Shown here in pieces: positions 1-11,400 of a DNA stretch of 64,000 nucleotides. The DNA comes from Owenia fusiformis (lineage: Eukaryota), in NCBI GenBank assembly GCA_903813345.2, contig CAIIXF020000001.1, forward strand, positions 37,200,001 to 37,264,000, given 5' to 3'. Position 1 is the first letter of the stretch. The number at the start of each line of letters is the position of its first letter. The translations under genes and the position numbers were made by a program. The notes below the pieces were generated by a model. The model was not told where the DNA came from and searched no databases. It worked only from the letters and a program-made list of their open reading frames with translations.

Positions 1-112
1 CCATTGAATTGCACTTGCTATGTATACAGCACTACACTTTTTTTGACATAAGTAGATTTAAAACATACGTTTTTGATATCTAACAAAGTGGTGTTGAAAA
101 ATGGCCCCAGTT

Positions 113-2900
113 GATAAAGTTCACACCAACGGCGCTTTGATGGCGCTTTAAAGCGGCGTGCAAAGCCGCTTTGAACGGCGCTCACTATGGAAACGCTGTT
201 CTGAATAGCGCCTTGTGTTATGTTTTTATCTGCCATGGGACATCATGTTAGAAACCTCAAAATGCGAACACCTACCAGTACCAATCCGAACACATTTGGC
301 TAGTCACACTGGTTTTCGCATTTTAAAGATTTTACCATCCTATATTCTCATATGCATTCACCCTATCATTAGTCTAATCTTGATATTTAGCCTAAAGTAT
401 AAAATGAAGGTGAATTCTGGACCTGAATACATTGGCATTCATTGAAAAACGAAACAAAAAGTAAAACTTATATACATACTTTCTGGTGACGTGCACTTAT
501 TCTCAAAGCATTGCGCACTTTCGCCATCTATATCACAACACTGTTCTTTTACATCACAACGCTCAGATTCAGGTCTACAGAGCGGCAACGGTCTTGGGGT
601 ATATGACGCCCTTGTTTCTGGATCTGTTAAAACACGCGGTTCTTTTTTATAATCGTTAAAGATACTTTGGCATCTAACGTTTACACAGAGCATTCCTGAG
701 GTATGGCTAAAATATATGGAACACATTGTCTTGAGCTCTAACCAAACAATCAAGTCTTGATATATGTTTCACAAATGCATGTTTCACAGAACTAGAACCA
801 AGACTGTGAAATAAAAAATATTAGTATCATCGAGCTCGGCCAATTGTCTTTTGAGCTCATAGGCTTAACGATACGTGTACATATCTCGAGTATCTTTATG
901 GGATTTTGCGAGAGAATATACGTTTTATGTTAAGGGTGACGCATATCGTTTAAGCTAAGTTCACACCAACGGCGCTTTGATGGCGCTTTAAAGCGCCGTG
1001 CAAAGCCGCTCGTCTCTTGTGTTGCTCACCGTTTAGTATGAAAGGCCCGATCCCGGAATAATACTCAAGGGTTCACAGGCTCGAGGTCGTAAAGTTGTAC
1101 TTGTCAACACCTCTAACTGTTACATAGCATAAGTACTGGTATATTATAGATCGTCACACATTTATAAAAGGTAGATTTTTACTTTGAGTGAATTTTCAGG
1201 ATCTTCTATTTGTGTATAATAAGGAAAAATCTAAATTCCCCCATAACATTTTATAACACAGCTTGGCATATGAAACATCTTCCAAATGAAACAAAACAAG
1301 GATTTATATTGGCTGTTGTACATGTATTCTTTGAACAATCACTCTCTCAATAATGTTTTCAGAATCATTATAAACGGATTACTTCATCTCAAAGACAATT
1401 TCAATAAACTGGATTTTACAACTCCCATTATTTCCCAAGTTATCAATGAAAGGATATTTACTTTTAATATTTTGAATTGTGGAAATACAGCTGTGTTCAT
1501 ATTTTCTGCATAGATTCATCTTCGTCATGAAGTTTTTAGCATACTGCTTGCGGGCGTTTTTAGGTACTCCACCGAATCCATTGAGACACAAACGATGTTG
1601 CCAAAATCTCCCATCACATTCGAAAAAGTAACATGCGTCATCAGGATCAGACATTTTCCAACCGGTAATTTTTAAAGAACATTCTAGAAATAGTCAATAT
1701 ATATATATATATTGAAAGATATAATTTGACATTTCCCAAATAGACCTACAAAAAGTATTGGTCTGCTCTTTTCTCTCGAGAACCAACTGTAATTCCCATT
1801 CAATTGCCGTATGGATTAATGCATAAGCATGAGGATTTATCCCCGTCCTTTTCAGATCTTGAAAGTTAGAAATTATACATCTTAAAAATGGAACTTCAAC
1901 TAGATTTCAAAGGTAAATTGGCAACAAGGCTTCTAAAATTTCTTCGCCTACGTTTATTGCATTCAGATTTAGTTCTTCAATGAAATTAATTTATAATTAC
2001 CAACTATTAGTACTATCAAAATTATTGAAGCATGTACAAATACCTTTTGGTGGGTTGATAGCATTCGCTGTATATCCATCTTTGAAGAAAATGAAAATTG
2101 AAAAGACCAGAGTGATAAATCCATTCATTTCACTACGTACCACTATTATCTAACACTATAATACGCCTGTCGAGTATGAAACCAGGGAACGATGGCATCA
2201 TTAAATAACATTTTATGTATCGATTTCAGCCATATTTGACGTTTGAACTTTCTGACAAGCAAACCAATCTATGATGCGTATCAACATGAAATTTGTGGAA
2301 TCACTAATTTTCATTATGAACGGATGTAACTGAAGTGTTTGCCAGTCTAAAATGACGAGTCTAGATGCTACCATGATGAACAACGTTCATAAAAAGAATT
2401 AAGTAAAATAACAGCAGGCATCAGAAGAAGTGAGTAGCTCCCACAATTCTTTCATATTCTATCGTATTCGGTGATTCCCCATTACGTCATCTCCCGCATC
2501 ATCGATATCTCCAATCAAACTAGCCTAAGAGTCAAACTTCAGAATGTGATCACGTGGACAATCATGAGCACGTGCTCTCTCAGTGCTGCGCATGGGCAAA
2601 GTTATTAGTTAAATTTGAAATCGTGGGAATGGCGTTAACATCAGTTCAACATCACCATTTCAAACCTACGGTAATAATATTGAATGTTATACTAAAATTA
2701 GAGGGTTGTATTTTTGGCTCACTCTGTATTCTTGCATGTTACCAACGGCGCTTTGATGGCGCATTAAAGCGACGTGCAAAGCGACACCAATGCGTAAAAG
2801 CTTGATTAAAGCTAGGTTCACACCAACGGCGCTTTGATGGCGCTTTAAAGCGACGTACAAAGCCACTTTGCACGCTGCTTTAAAGCGCCATCAAAGCGGA
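113..2900. repeat. Four local copies of a ~60-bp repeat (tcacaccaacggcgctttgatggcgctttaaagcg...), MITE-end-like
   Basis: Copies near 121, 961, 2741 and 2818. The copy at ~2828-2898 continues into its own reverse complement, forming a hairpin. Confidence 0.7.
480..2128 (-). CDS. Paralog A (5' part): secreted Cys-rich protein, signal peptide + CBM14-like domain + one ICK-like module; 3' end unresolved, probably off-window
   Basis: Manually spliced exons 2128-2044 (MNGFITLVFSIFIFFKDGYTANAINPPK), 1683-1462 (ECSLKITGWKMSDPDDACYFFECDGRFWQHRLC...NLCRKYEHSC) and 623-480 (PETRASYTPRPLPLCRPESERCDVKEQCCDIDGESAQCFENKC). All junctions are GT-AG and phase 1, and the exons are homologous to exons 1-3 of genes B and C. 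Confidence 0.8.
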
Positions 2901-2969
2901 GTAAAATGGGCGATTTCTAGATAAATAAATGATCAAGGCGGCCCATGTATTATATTACATACATGTTCA

Positions 2970-3590
2970 AGTGACGTCAGAGTTCCAAGAATTAATAAAT
3001 TTGGATCCAATTTTGAATATCTGCCTACTGACTACCGAATGGGCACACATTTGACTTAAAAAAAATAAGTCATGTAAATATGAGTAAGTAGATATATATA
3101 TAGGCCTAGCAGTGAAATGAATCGGGATGACAAGATTTATCCAAAATCTTCCAAGATGGTCGCCCAAAAATTAATAAGTTCTAGAACTTCTTACCATGTA
3201 ACATGTGTGAAAATTGAAAGTAAATCCGTTAAGTGGTTTTCCTGGAATCGCAATAACAAGATTTATCTAAAAACTTCCAAGATGGCCACCGAAAAGTAAA
3301 TCAGGTCTAGAACCTCTTACCATGTAACATGTGTGAAAATATGAAGTAAATCCGTTCAGTGGTTTTCCTGGAATCGTGACGACAAGATGTAACTAAAAAC
3401 TTCCAAGATGGCCACTAGAATGCAAGATGGCCGCCCAAAAGTTAATCAGCTCTAGAACTTCTTACCATGTAGCATACATTATGTGAAAATTTGAAGTGGT
3501 TTCCCTGGAATCGTGATGACAAGAAAGTGAGACGCTGCCCGCCCGTCAAACTGACGACAATATTGTATCGTTTTTTAGGTACATAAAAAA
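2970..3590 (+). mobile_element. Non-autonomous Helentron/HINE-like element with internal ~125-145 bp tandem units
   Basis: Repeated unit aagatggcc...gttaatcagctctagaacttcttaccatgtaacatgtgtgaaaatttgaagtaaatcc...cctggaatcg; the same unit occurs at 23220-25395 and 34105-35185. The family assignment is inference. Confidence 0.55.
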
Positions 3591-3790
3591 TCATAACAAT
3601 ATTACAAAATGTAGACTTTTTAGTCTCTCTTTATACTCGCTTTGGGCGTTGTTTACCGAGCCTTTGCGCAAGAATGTTTATGCTGCTACATCGAAATGTA
3701 ACGATACACCGATAGCACTGGTCAGTATTAAGCGACGGTAACGGCCGTAGCTTCGCATCTAAGATGGCAGACAGTAATTATCGATATTTT

Positions 3791-4150
3791 AATAGACTAG
3801 ATGCGAGTAGAAATAATCTTGATTTACGTCATTGAATATTCAAAAATCAGTCAAAGCGATGTCATATTTGAAATCTACATGTAAAAGTACATCTAGAAAT
3901 ATGGTTTCGAAAACTGTTTATCAAGTTTGAAAATTTAATTTTTTTGAAAATGTGACTTCTAGTTCGGGTTGATTCCCCATAGACCCTATGTTACAAAATC
4001 ACTAAAAGGGTAAGGTTATATGGGAATTGAACCACTAAAACAGATGTAATTTAAGTGAAAGGGAACTTTCTGCTATACCCGCCATGCTATCTGACCCGAA
4101 CGAGCCACCTAATGGTGAAACTGGTAACTACTTACTCGCAACTGCGTTAT
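3791..4150. mobile_element. MITE-like repeat, second copy at 25601-26042
   Basis: Near-identical sequence taatagactagatgcgagtagaaataatc...gcgttattg at both sites, with imperfect terminal IRs; the second copy has an extra ~80 bp. Confidence 0.75.
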
Positions 4151-4320
4151 TGTCATTGATTCAAACTATCGCATATCAGTTATCTTATCATCTGTAAATC
4201 AAAATCCCATTTACCTGGAAGATATCTTTGAACTGCGGCGCCCACGCATGGTATATGAACAAATGATCATACTCCAGAGTTTTCATGTCATATATGCCTG
4301 ATATAGTTCAAATATCAGAG

Positions 4321-5195
4321 ACACGTCGCAAAAAGCTGTTTTTAGGGTATCGCATGATTGTAACTTTAATTCTTCGGAATATAAGATAATATTCTAATCA
4401 AAATTATATATCATTTTAAAGCTGCTTTAATGAAGTACACTACTTTCACAATTCTTGCGTGTTCTTTTTCAAAAAAGTGTTTTTTACCCGAAAATCTGCC
4501 AAATATCCGCTGTCGACACGTTACATTTTGAATAATTTTTCGTCTTTAAACGCACATAACTCAAACAATATTTGACTATTATACTTTATTTTCGTCTTGA
4601 TAAAGGTAGATGGAAGTGTTATTTTAAAGGATGAATTCTAATAAGCGTCACATATTGTGACGTCATATAGTTTGAAAAATAGAATCTGTAGACTGCGACC
4701 TTTTTTGCTCATTTTTTGTTACCTTCAACTTTTCAAGTGTACATTAAACAAAAAATACGAGACCAATTTTTAATATATCATACATGATTATTTTGCTCAT
4801 AAACTCTAGTTTTTTAATAAATAGCTGATTTTGTTCGCAAACGTATATGTTTTCTGTTGTATGTGGAAAATTGGATGACGGAAGGTTTTCAAAAGTCATT
4901 AAAATAGGGCGAATTTACGCCATTCACCTATTTTTAAACACAGCAACACATATTTTTTATTTTACCTAATGAAAATATCAATTGATTCGTGTTTTTTGAT
5001 GCTCCCAACCCATTGCTAATACATATACGATATCAAAGTTATTTGCCTTAAATATTTTGAGATATAGAGGCAAGTGTGGAGGACGAAAGGATTTCCATAC
5101 AGGTATGTGTACATTTTTCTCAAAAAACGTAACATTCTGTGGTGTTAAAAAACGAAAATGAGTAACAATACGTGCGCGAACTTTTTGCGACGTGT
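4321..5195. mobile_element. MITE with 15-bp TIRs and 5-bp TSD (CAGAG)
   Basis: acacgtcgcaaaaag...ctttttgcgacgtgt is flanked on both sides by CAGAG (4316-4320, 5196-5200). Confidence 0.75.
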
Positions 5196-5453
5196 CAGAG
5201 TATTACGTCACCTATGACGTAGTTAAGTTCGATGAAAACTGAAAATATGGAAATCGACACACAGCATCTTTGATGCGAAAGTTACGGTCGTTACCTACGC
5301 TTAATACTGATCAGTGGATGTACCCTCCTCATCCTTATTTAAGACACGATACTATGCAATTATGTAATATCAATTATTTATTCTATATTTTAACTGACAT
5401 TAGACACGTAAAACAGAACAAATAAAATCCTTAAATTTATATTAAATTTTAAG

Positions 5454-8400
5454 TTAGTTTTCAATCACAGCATTTTCACCACAGATCGATTTCCCAATGT
5501 TTCCAATTGTTTCCCGAAGTTTCGCGAAGTCAGTGTTCAATATATTCATCATTAATTCTGGGTTTTCGTTAGCTCCCGAGATACCCAACCATTCTTCTTG
5601 ACCTATGACTTTAGGTTGACATTTTTTCTTGCCTTCCTCACAACCCTGTGGTAAACCTACTACAATGATCTCGGCGACTTCTCTAAGGGCAGCTGCATTC
5701 TTGAATGTCTCGCTCTGCTTTCCTACAGAATAAATATATTTAAGTGTTGCTTTTACAAATACAAAATGCAATTCCTGTTTGTATATAATCACTTTGACCT
5801 TGGGAATAGGCAGTTTGACTTAGGCAAGTGGATTGTGAACTCATATATAACTTGAAAACAACTGATATATCCATTGCATGGAGTGAGTAATTTTCTTTGG
5901 TTTAACGAAACATATGAGTAAAAAATAAATTGTGTGGGTTTCTTAGTGTTTCTATGCAAAATAGCACGCTCCGTCACAGCGGACAAATTTTTCGATACCG
6001 GCCTTTGGACAATAGTATATAAGTTACATGACAAAAAAGATGACTTTAATTTTGACATTGTTAATTTTCCGCATTTGGATAGTAATATTCCACTGAACCC
6101 AGCATATGGGGTTTATGTATCTCAGCTTATTAGATATAGCAGGACGTGTTCAAAATATAGCTAGGTCTTTAATTACAAAGTTTCAAGTTATACCATTGAA
6201 GATGCTGAATGATGTTGGAATTTTTAGGAAATTGGAATGAACTCACGATGTTTTCACTTGTCACCTTTTAAGGTGGATCCCAGCTATGGCATAAATGGTT
6301 GAGAAATAGGGAACTGAAACCAGCCGTAGTTTTCTCCTGGTGACAATGCTTGTGACGACGGCTTTTCAATTTAATGTTGACGCTTTTAAATGTCTATCCC
6401 GAATCATTTGAGACTGAATGCTATTTCATGTCTACAACTATTTTTGATGTTATGAGTATTGGCTATTATTTCTTTTAATTTTTTTCAACATGTATTGTAA
6501 TGACTTCAGTATTTAAATGAAATGTCCATTGTTGTTTTGGTCCTGGATTGTAATATTGGCTCTCGATTGGAGGGGAAAGGGGGATGTCAGACATAATTTT
6601 CATGTTAGATCATGGTTTTGGGATATACACTTGTATAGGGTATAATTTTCTTTTGACAGGTTGGCACTTAGAATTTTTAGTCCTCTCCCTTTGCACTTGT
6701 GCTTAGATATTTGTATTGTTCGATTGTTCAAATGTCATTTGTTATGTCGAAAAGAATTATCTAAGACATGTTTCGAAACGTTGACTTTCAAGACCATTGT
6801 GATAGATACAATTAGCTTGAAACATTCGATCAAGTGAATATTATTTGAGACTCATATACAGCGCGTATAAAAAAAACGCAACAGATTGTTATCTCGGAAA
6901 AGCACAAAACCAGTGATAATAGCATTGGTTTCATCCAATGCACCATAAAGCCATATGTCTCCTCTTTACAATGATATATCATTCCTTGATATGTGGTCAT
7001 GGTTGGGCGAGTAATCATTCCATTTGCAAAGTGGGCCAAAATTAGCTTGGGACCAAGTTATAAACATCGCAAAAGTCAGTGTACATAGCCCGATGCTATA
7101 TTGGAAGAAAACATAAAACCAATGCTGACTGCATCCTTTTCATTCAATGTACCAAAAGGCTAAATTTCTCCTCTTTGCAACGGAATATCATTCATTCACA
7201 GGGAGTCATGGCTGGCCGAATAATCATTTATTTTGCAAAGTGGGGCAAAATTCAGCTCGGACCCAAGTTTTAAACATTGCAAAAGTCAGTACAAGCTATT
7301 GGAAGAAGGTGTGACAGATGTGGCATAGACAGTAAAGTGTTCATATTCATACTCTTGCAAGAATACATCCTAGACCCCTCCAAATTGCCTCCACTTCCTT
7401 GTACATAATGATGCGCCCCTCTGTCCACTTCATGCATGGTTCAGCCCTGATCAGTAATCTGTGGGTTAAAGCAGAGAAAAGCAGCCCATGGGCAATTCTT
7501 TCTCGAGGTTTTGCAATATCTGGAGGAGGAATTGTGAGCACAGATGCTCCTGAGATAGCTCCAAAAGAAAAAAGTCACAACAATTCAAGTCAGGGGAACT
7601 TCCACTGGCACTTAGCCCTTTAGGATTTCTCACCCAACCATTAAGGCCCTACCAAATGTGAATGAATGACATATCATTGCAAAGAGGAGAGACGTGGCTT
7701 TATGGTACATTGAATGGAATTGATGTAGTCATCACTAGTTTTGTGATTTTACGAGATAACTACTTGTTGCGTTTTTTATACGCCCTGTATAACTTGTGCA
7801 CTTCTAAATGGATTATAGACTTAATATCTCTTTAATAAGGCTCATATAAAAATTGGTTGTAGACATTTCAATTAAATTATTTACAAAAGTTTATGTGGTT
7901 CAATTGATTTGCAATGTTTTCAAATGTTTTCATTTGTGACTTTCCATTCCACATGTATAACTGATAACTTACCACCAGGCTTTGTGACACCATCTGACAA
8001 CAATATAACTTTATTCACAGCATTTGGTCTGTCTCCGTTAGCAGCAGTAAAATAGTGATTCTTGACTGCAGCTAGTGCAGCAAAAGTATGCGTTTTGCAA
8101 CCCTCTTCTTTTTCAACGTTAAGCCCCATGTTTTCAATGTCTTTAATAAGCTTTTCAGGATTTTCGGCGTCCTTTAGCCAGGCAACATCTCGATATCCAT
8201 CGTTAAATGTCAATGCAGCCATCTGTACACCATCGTCTGGATCAGTGCTGAGATCAAAAGCTCGGGCCATTTCCACCATAAAGGAGCGAATCCTGTCTTT
8301 GTCTTGAGTAGCGATTGAGCATGAAGTGTCCACAGCAAACACAATATCTTGTGGGTCTTCACAAATAATCTCGATAGCTGAAAAAATAAATAAACCAAGT

Positions 8401-11400
8401 AGAGCTTTCTTTATAGATCAATGACAGATTGGTATATCAAATCGTTCACATCTCTCAATATTTCAGCGTGTAGAATAACATTTTAATAAGGCCAGAGCTG
8501 GGAAACTAAACTCATAAGTGATAAGACTGATGGATCTTACTCCTGTTAAACTGTTTTTGTTCAGAGCCTGGACTGTGTAGCTCGAGCTCCAGAACAAAGG
8601 TATGCGTTTTAGGAGTTGAATGGTTGGTTATGATTTGAACAGATAATTTAAAAATAAAGTAATCTAGCATGTCAAGATTAATAGAAACAGAGTCACCAAC
8701 TTACGAGGCTGACACCCATTTTCGTCACTACACACCAGACCTCTGCAGCAGTCACTATCGTCTCCACATATTCCAGTTCTATCTCGACAACCTTATCAAT
8801 CAAGTCGATTAGTTTATATCTAATGGTGGGAATAATATACACGTGTTCAAATACGTTTATCCAGGGTAACGCTTGGGTCGCATTTGCTCCGATTCATCGG
8901 TCGGCGCCCGGCCGACTGAGTTATTTGTTCAAAACTGCAATTTTGAACAAAATACTCAGTCGGCCGGATCCCGGCCGATGAATCGGAGCAGGCATAATAT
9001 ATACCAGATAACCTTGTGTAATCTTGTAATTAGGATTTGTTGGACTTTAATTTGGATTAACTTAAATCAATTTACTCACATCTCTTTTCAAGAGAGCATT
9101 TCAATTGGTCCGCAGCACAACATTCCTCGTCTCCATTTCCACATCCCTCATTTAAGGTGCTACATACCTTATCTTGAACACAAGTCATAGGATCGTTGTC
9201 CCATTCAACTGTATTTCCTTTCTGGACACAACTCACTAAATCAACTTTATTGCCTCCCGGTATAAAACCATTGTCGCATCTAAATGTGACATCAGCTCCG
9301 CACACATCAGGACCTTCCGGTGGGAACCTTGATCCATTCTCAGGCGCTTCCGCCAGATCGCATTGGAGTTCTAGAATAATTGAGATAGCGGTATAATAGG
9401 CATTTTAGAGGACAATATCAATAATATAGCTTCAGCCCCGAATATTACAAGAATAAGGTCGTATAAAGTGAGAGGAATAAAACTACTATAATCCTGATGC
9501 TAAATGTTAAAGCAACACAATTACGTTACTGTGCCAGTTTTATTACACATCTCATCGATCGATAAAGATATAAACTTCAAACAGTTCTTCAGGTTGAAGA
9601 AAGTGTAGTTCGTTGTTGGTTGAATTAGAAAAAATCTCTTTTGAATGAGATTTCAGAGGAATTTTTAAGTACTCCAGAAAAGGGTCAATTTACAGTGTAC
9701 ATCAGACCTGTTAATAAGTACCTGAACAAGTTGGAACAGGGTCATCCAACGTGCCATCTGGCTTGCATTTGACATTATTATCAGTAACCCCATCATCGTT
9801 GGGATCGATTGAATAGCATTGGTCACATCTAAAGCACATTAGTGTTGATATATAATAATGATTGCCAGGTGACCTTAATTAACATCGTCTATTGTTTTGT
9901 GTCATTCATTGCTTAATGCATATTATTTCAACAATACATCTCCAATTATTTTACATTGATATATTTTGTTTAAGTATGGTATACTATTACCTTCGAACTT
10001 ACTTTCATCATTTATTTACTTCGTATGATTTCGGTAAGAATTCGGCGTGGTTCGATATAAGAAGAGGATTTATGTCATTCATTGTGGCCCAAGTAGCATA
10101 TTTCGTCACTTAATATTTTAAACAATCGAGAACTGCAGCAATGGTAAAAATGGTAAATGGTGATTCCTGTCATATGTCTGAACCGTTTTTCATTAGGGAT
10201 AAATCAGCGATTAAGCATCTTGGCAGTCAGAAAAAATGAGATTTTGATTTTATGTTGCTTTTGAGCATCTTGAATTTCACACAAGGTGAGGGTAGGGTCT
10301 CGAAAAAACGCAATTAGCCTGTATCTTCTCGTTCGACTGTAGTATGATGTAGAAAATATTTGGTTTCTTGATTTTTTGCAAATAGAAAAACAAACCTCGT
10401 GATTATTTACAAAAATTCAAGTCACGAAAAGTCAAGAATTTCTGGTAAATAAAAATAATCCCTTTACTTGTAAATATAAAGATATGATTCTCCGTTACCT
10501 AAATGTTACTGTTTGACCTGGGAGAAACGTCCCATCAACATTTGGAGCACTTGGGGACCCAATCGATCCATGGTCGGGCGGGGACGGATAGACACATATT
10601 ACAGCTGTAAATGGTAAACATGTGTATATGCTGCTCCTGTTATTGATTAATTGATAACAACTTAATTAATGAATTATTTTTTATGTTTACAAGACAGTGT
10701 GTAAAATGTTATGTAAATACTATTAATTAGCTTGAACATAATCAATACTTACGTTACTTTTTAATACAAATACAATCTCTCGTCTAACATGTCATTGTCT
10801 TGTTTACATGTAATCATTTACATAAATTAGATGTTATAATTTTTAGAACATATAACTTATGACATTGGGAGATTCCCGGGGGAGATTCTGAACGTGATGA
10901 TAAGACAACACCTAACAAAGAGCACAAGACACGAAATTAATAACCAATGGCCAATAACCTAATGGGAAACTAACAATTTACAAAATCATTAAACTGTTAA
11001 AGTTAGTAAATCAATCGTTTTAATTTCAATACCTCAAGATCTGATCGAGTCAATGGTAATACACATTGATCATTTTCAATATATTAAGCCTCCGAAATCG
11101 GGAACGTTATCCACATTTACAACAATTAATGAGTCAACCGAATCATATAAAATGCTGTACTCACTTCAGTAAAACTGATAACACACTAGATGAACTTGGT
11201 TTCTTTAAATATTTATCCGACATAGCTCCTAAATAATGAAAAGACTTTCCTGTTTTCCAACACTGACATCTAATTATATCTCGATCTTAGTAAGCTAAAT
11301 GCTATAAACCGTGTTCCAAATATTTCTTAAAAACCCGTAAGAACAATAATTCTAGAACACAATGTATAGTACAAGGTATATCAATGACATCTTATAGTGT

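Larger units (their letters stand above)
3716..5316. mobile_element. Non-autonomous TIR DNA element (CACTG...CAGTG, ~50-bp TIRs) containing nested elements
   Basis: cactggtcagtattaagcg...gcatc at 3716 is the imperfect reverse complement of gatgcgaaagttacgg...cgcttaatactgatcagtg ending at 5316. Confidence 0.65.

Noticed and set aside
215..425. Fourth exon of paralog A
   Set aside because: Candidate acceptors give no Sushi-like or otherwise homologous peptide and run into stop codons.
7347..7623. Short ORFs on both strands
   Set aside because: They lie inside a TIR element and have no recognisable domain; like most short ORFs in the track, they are repeat-derived or antisense noise.
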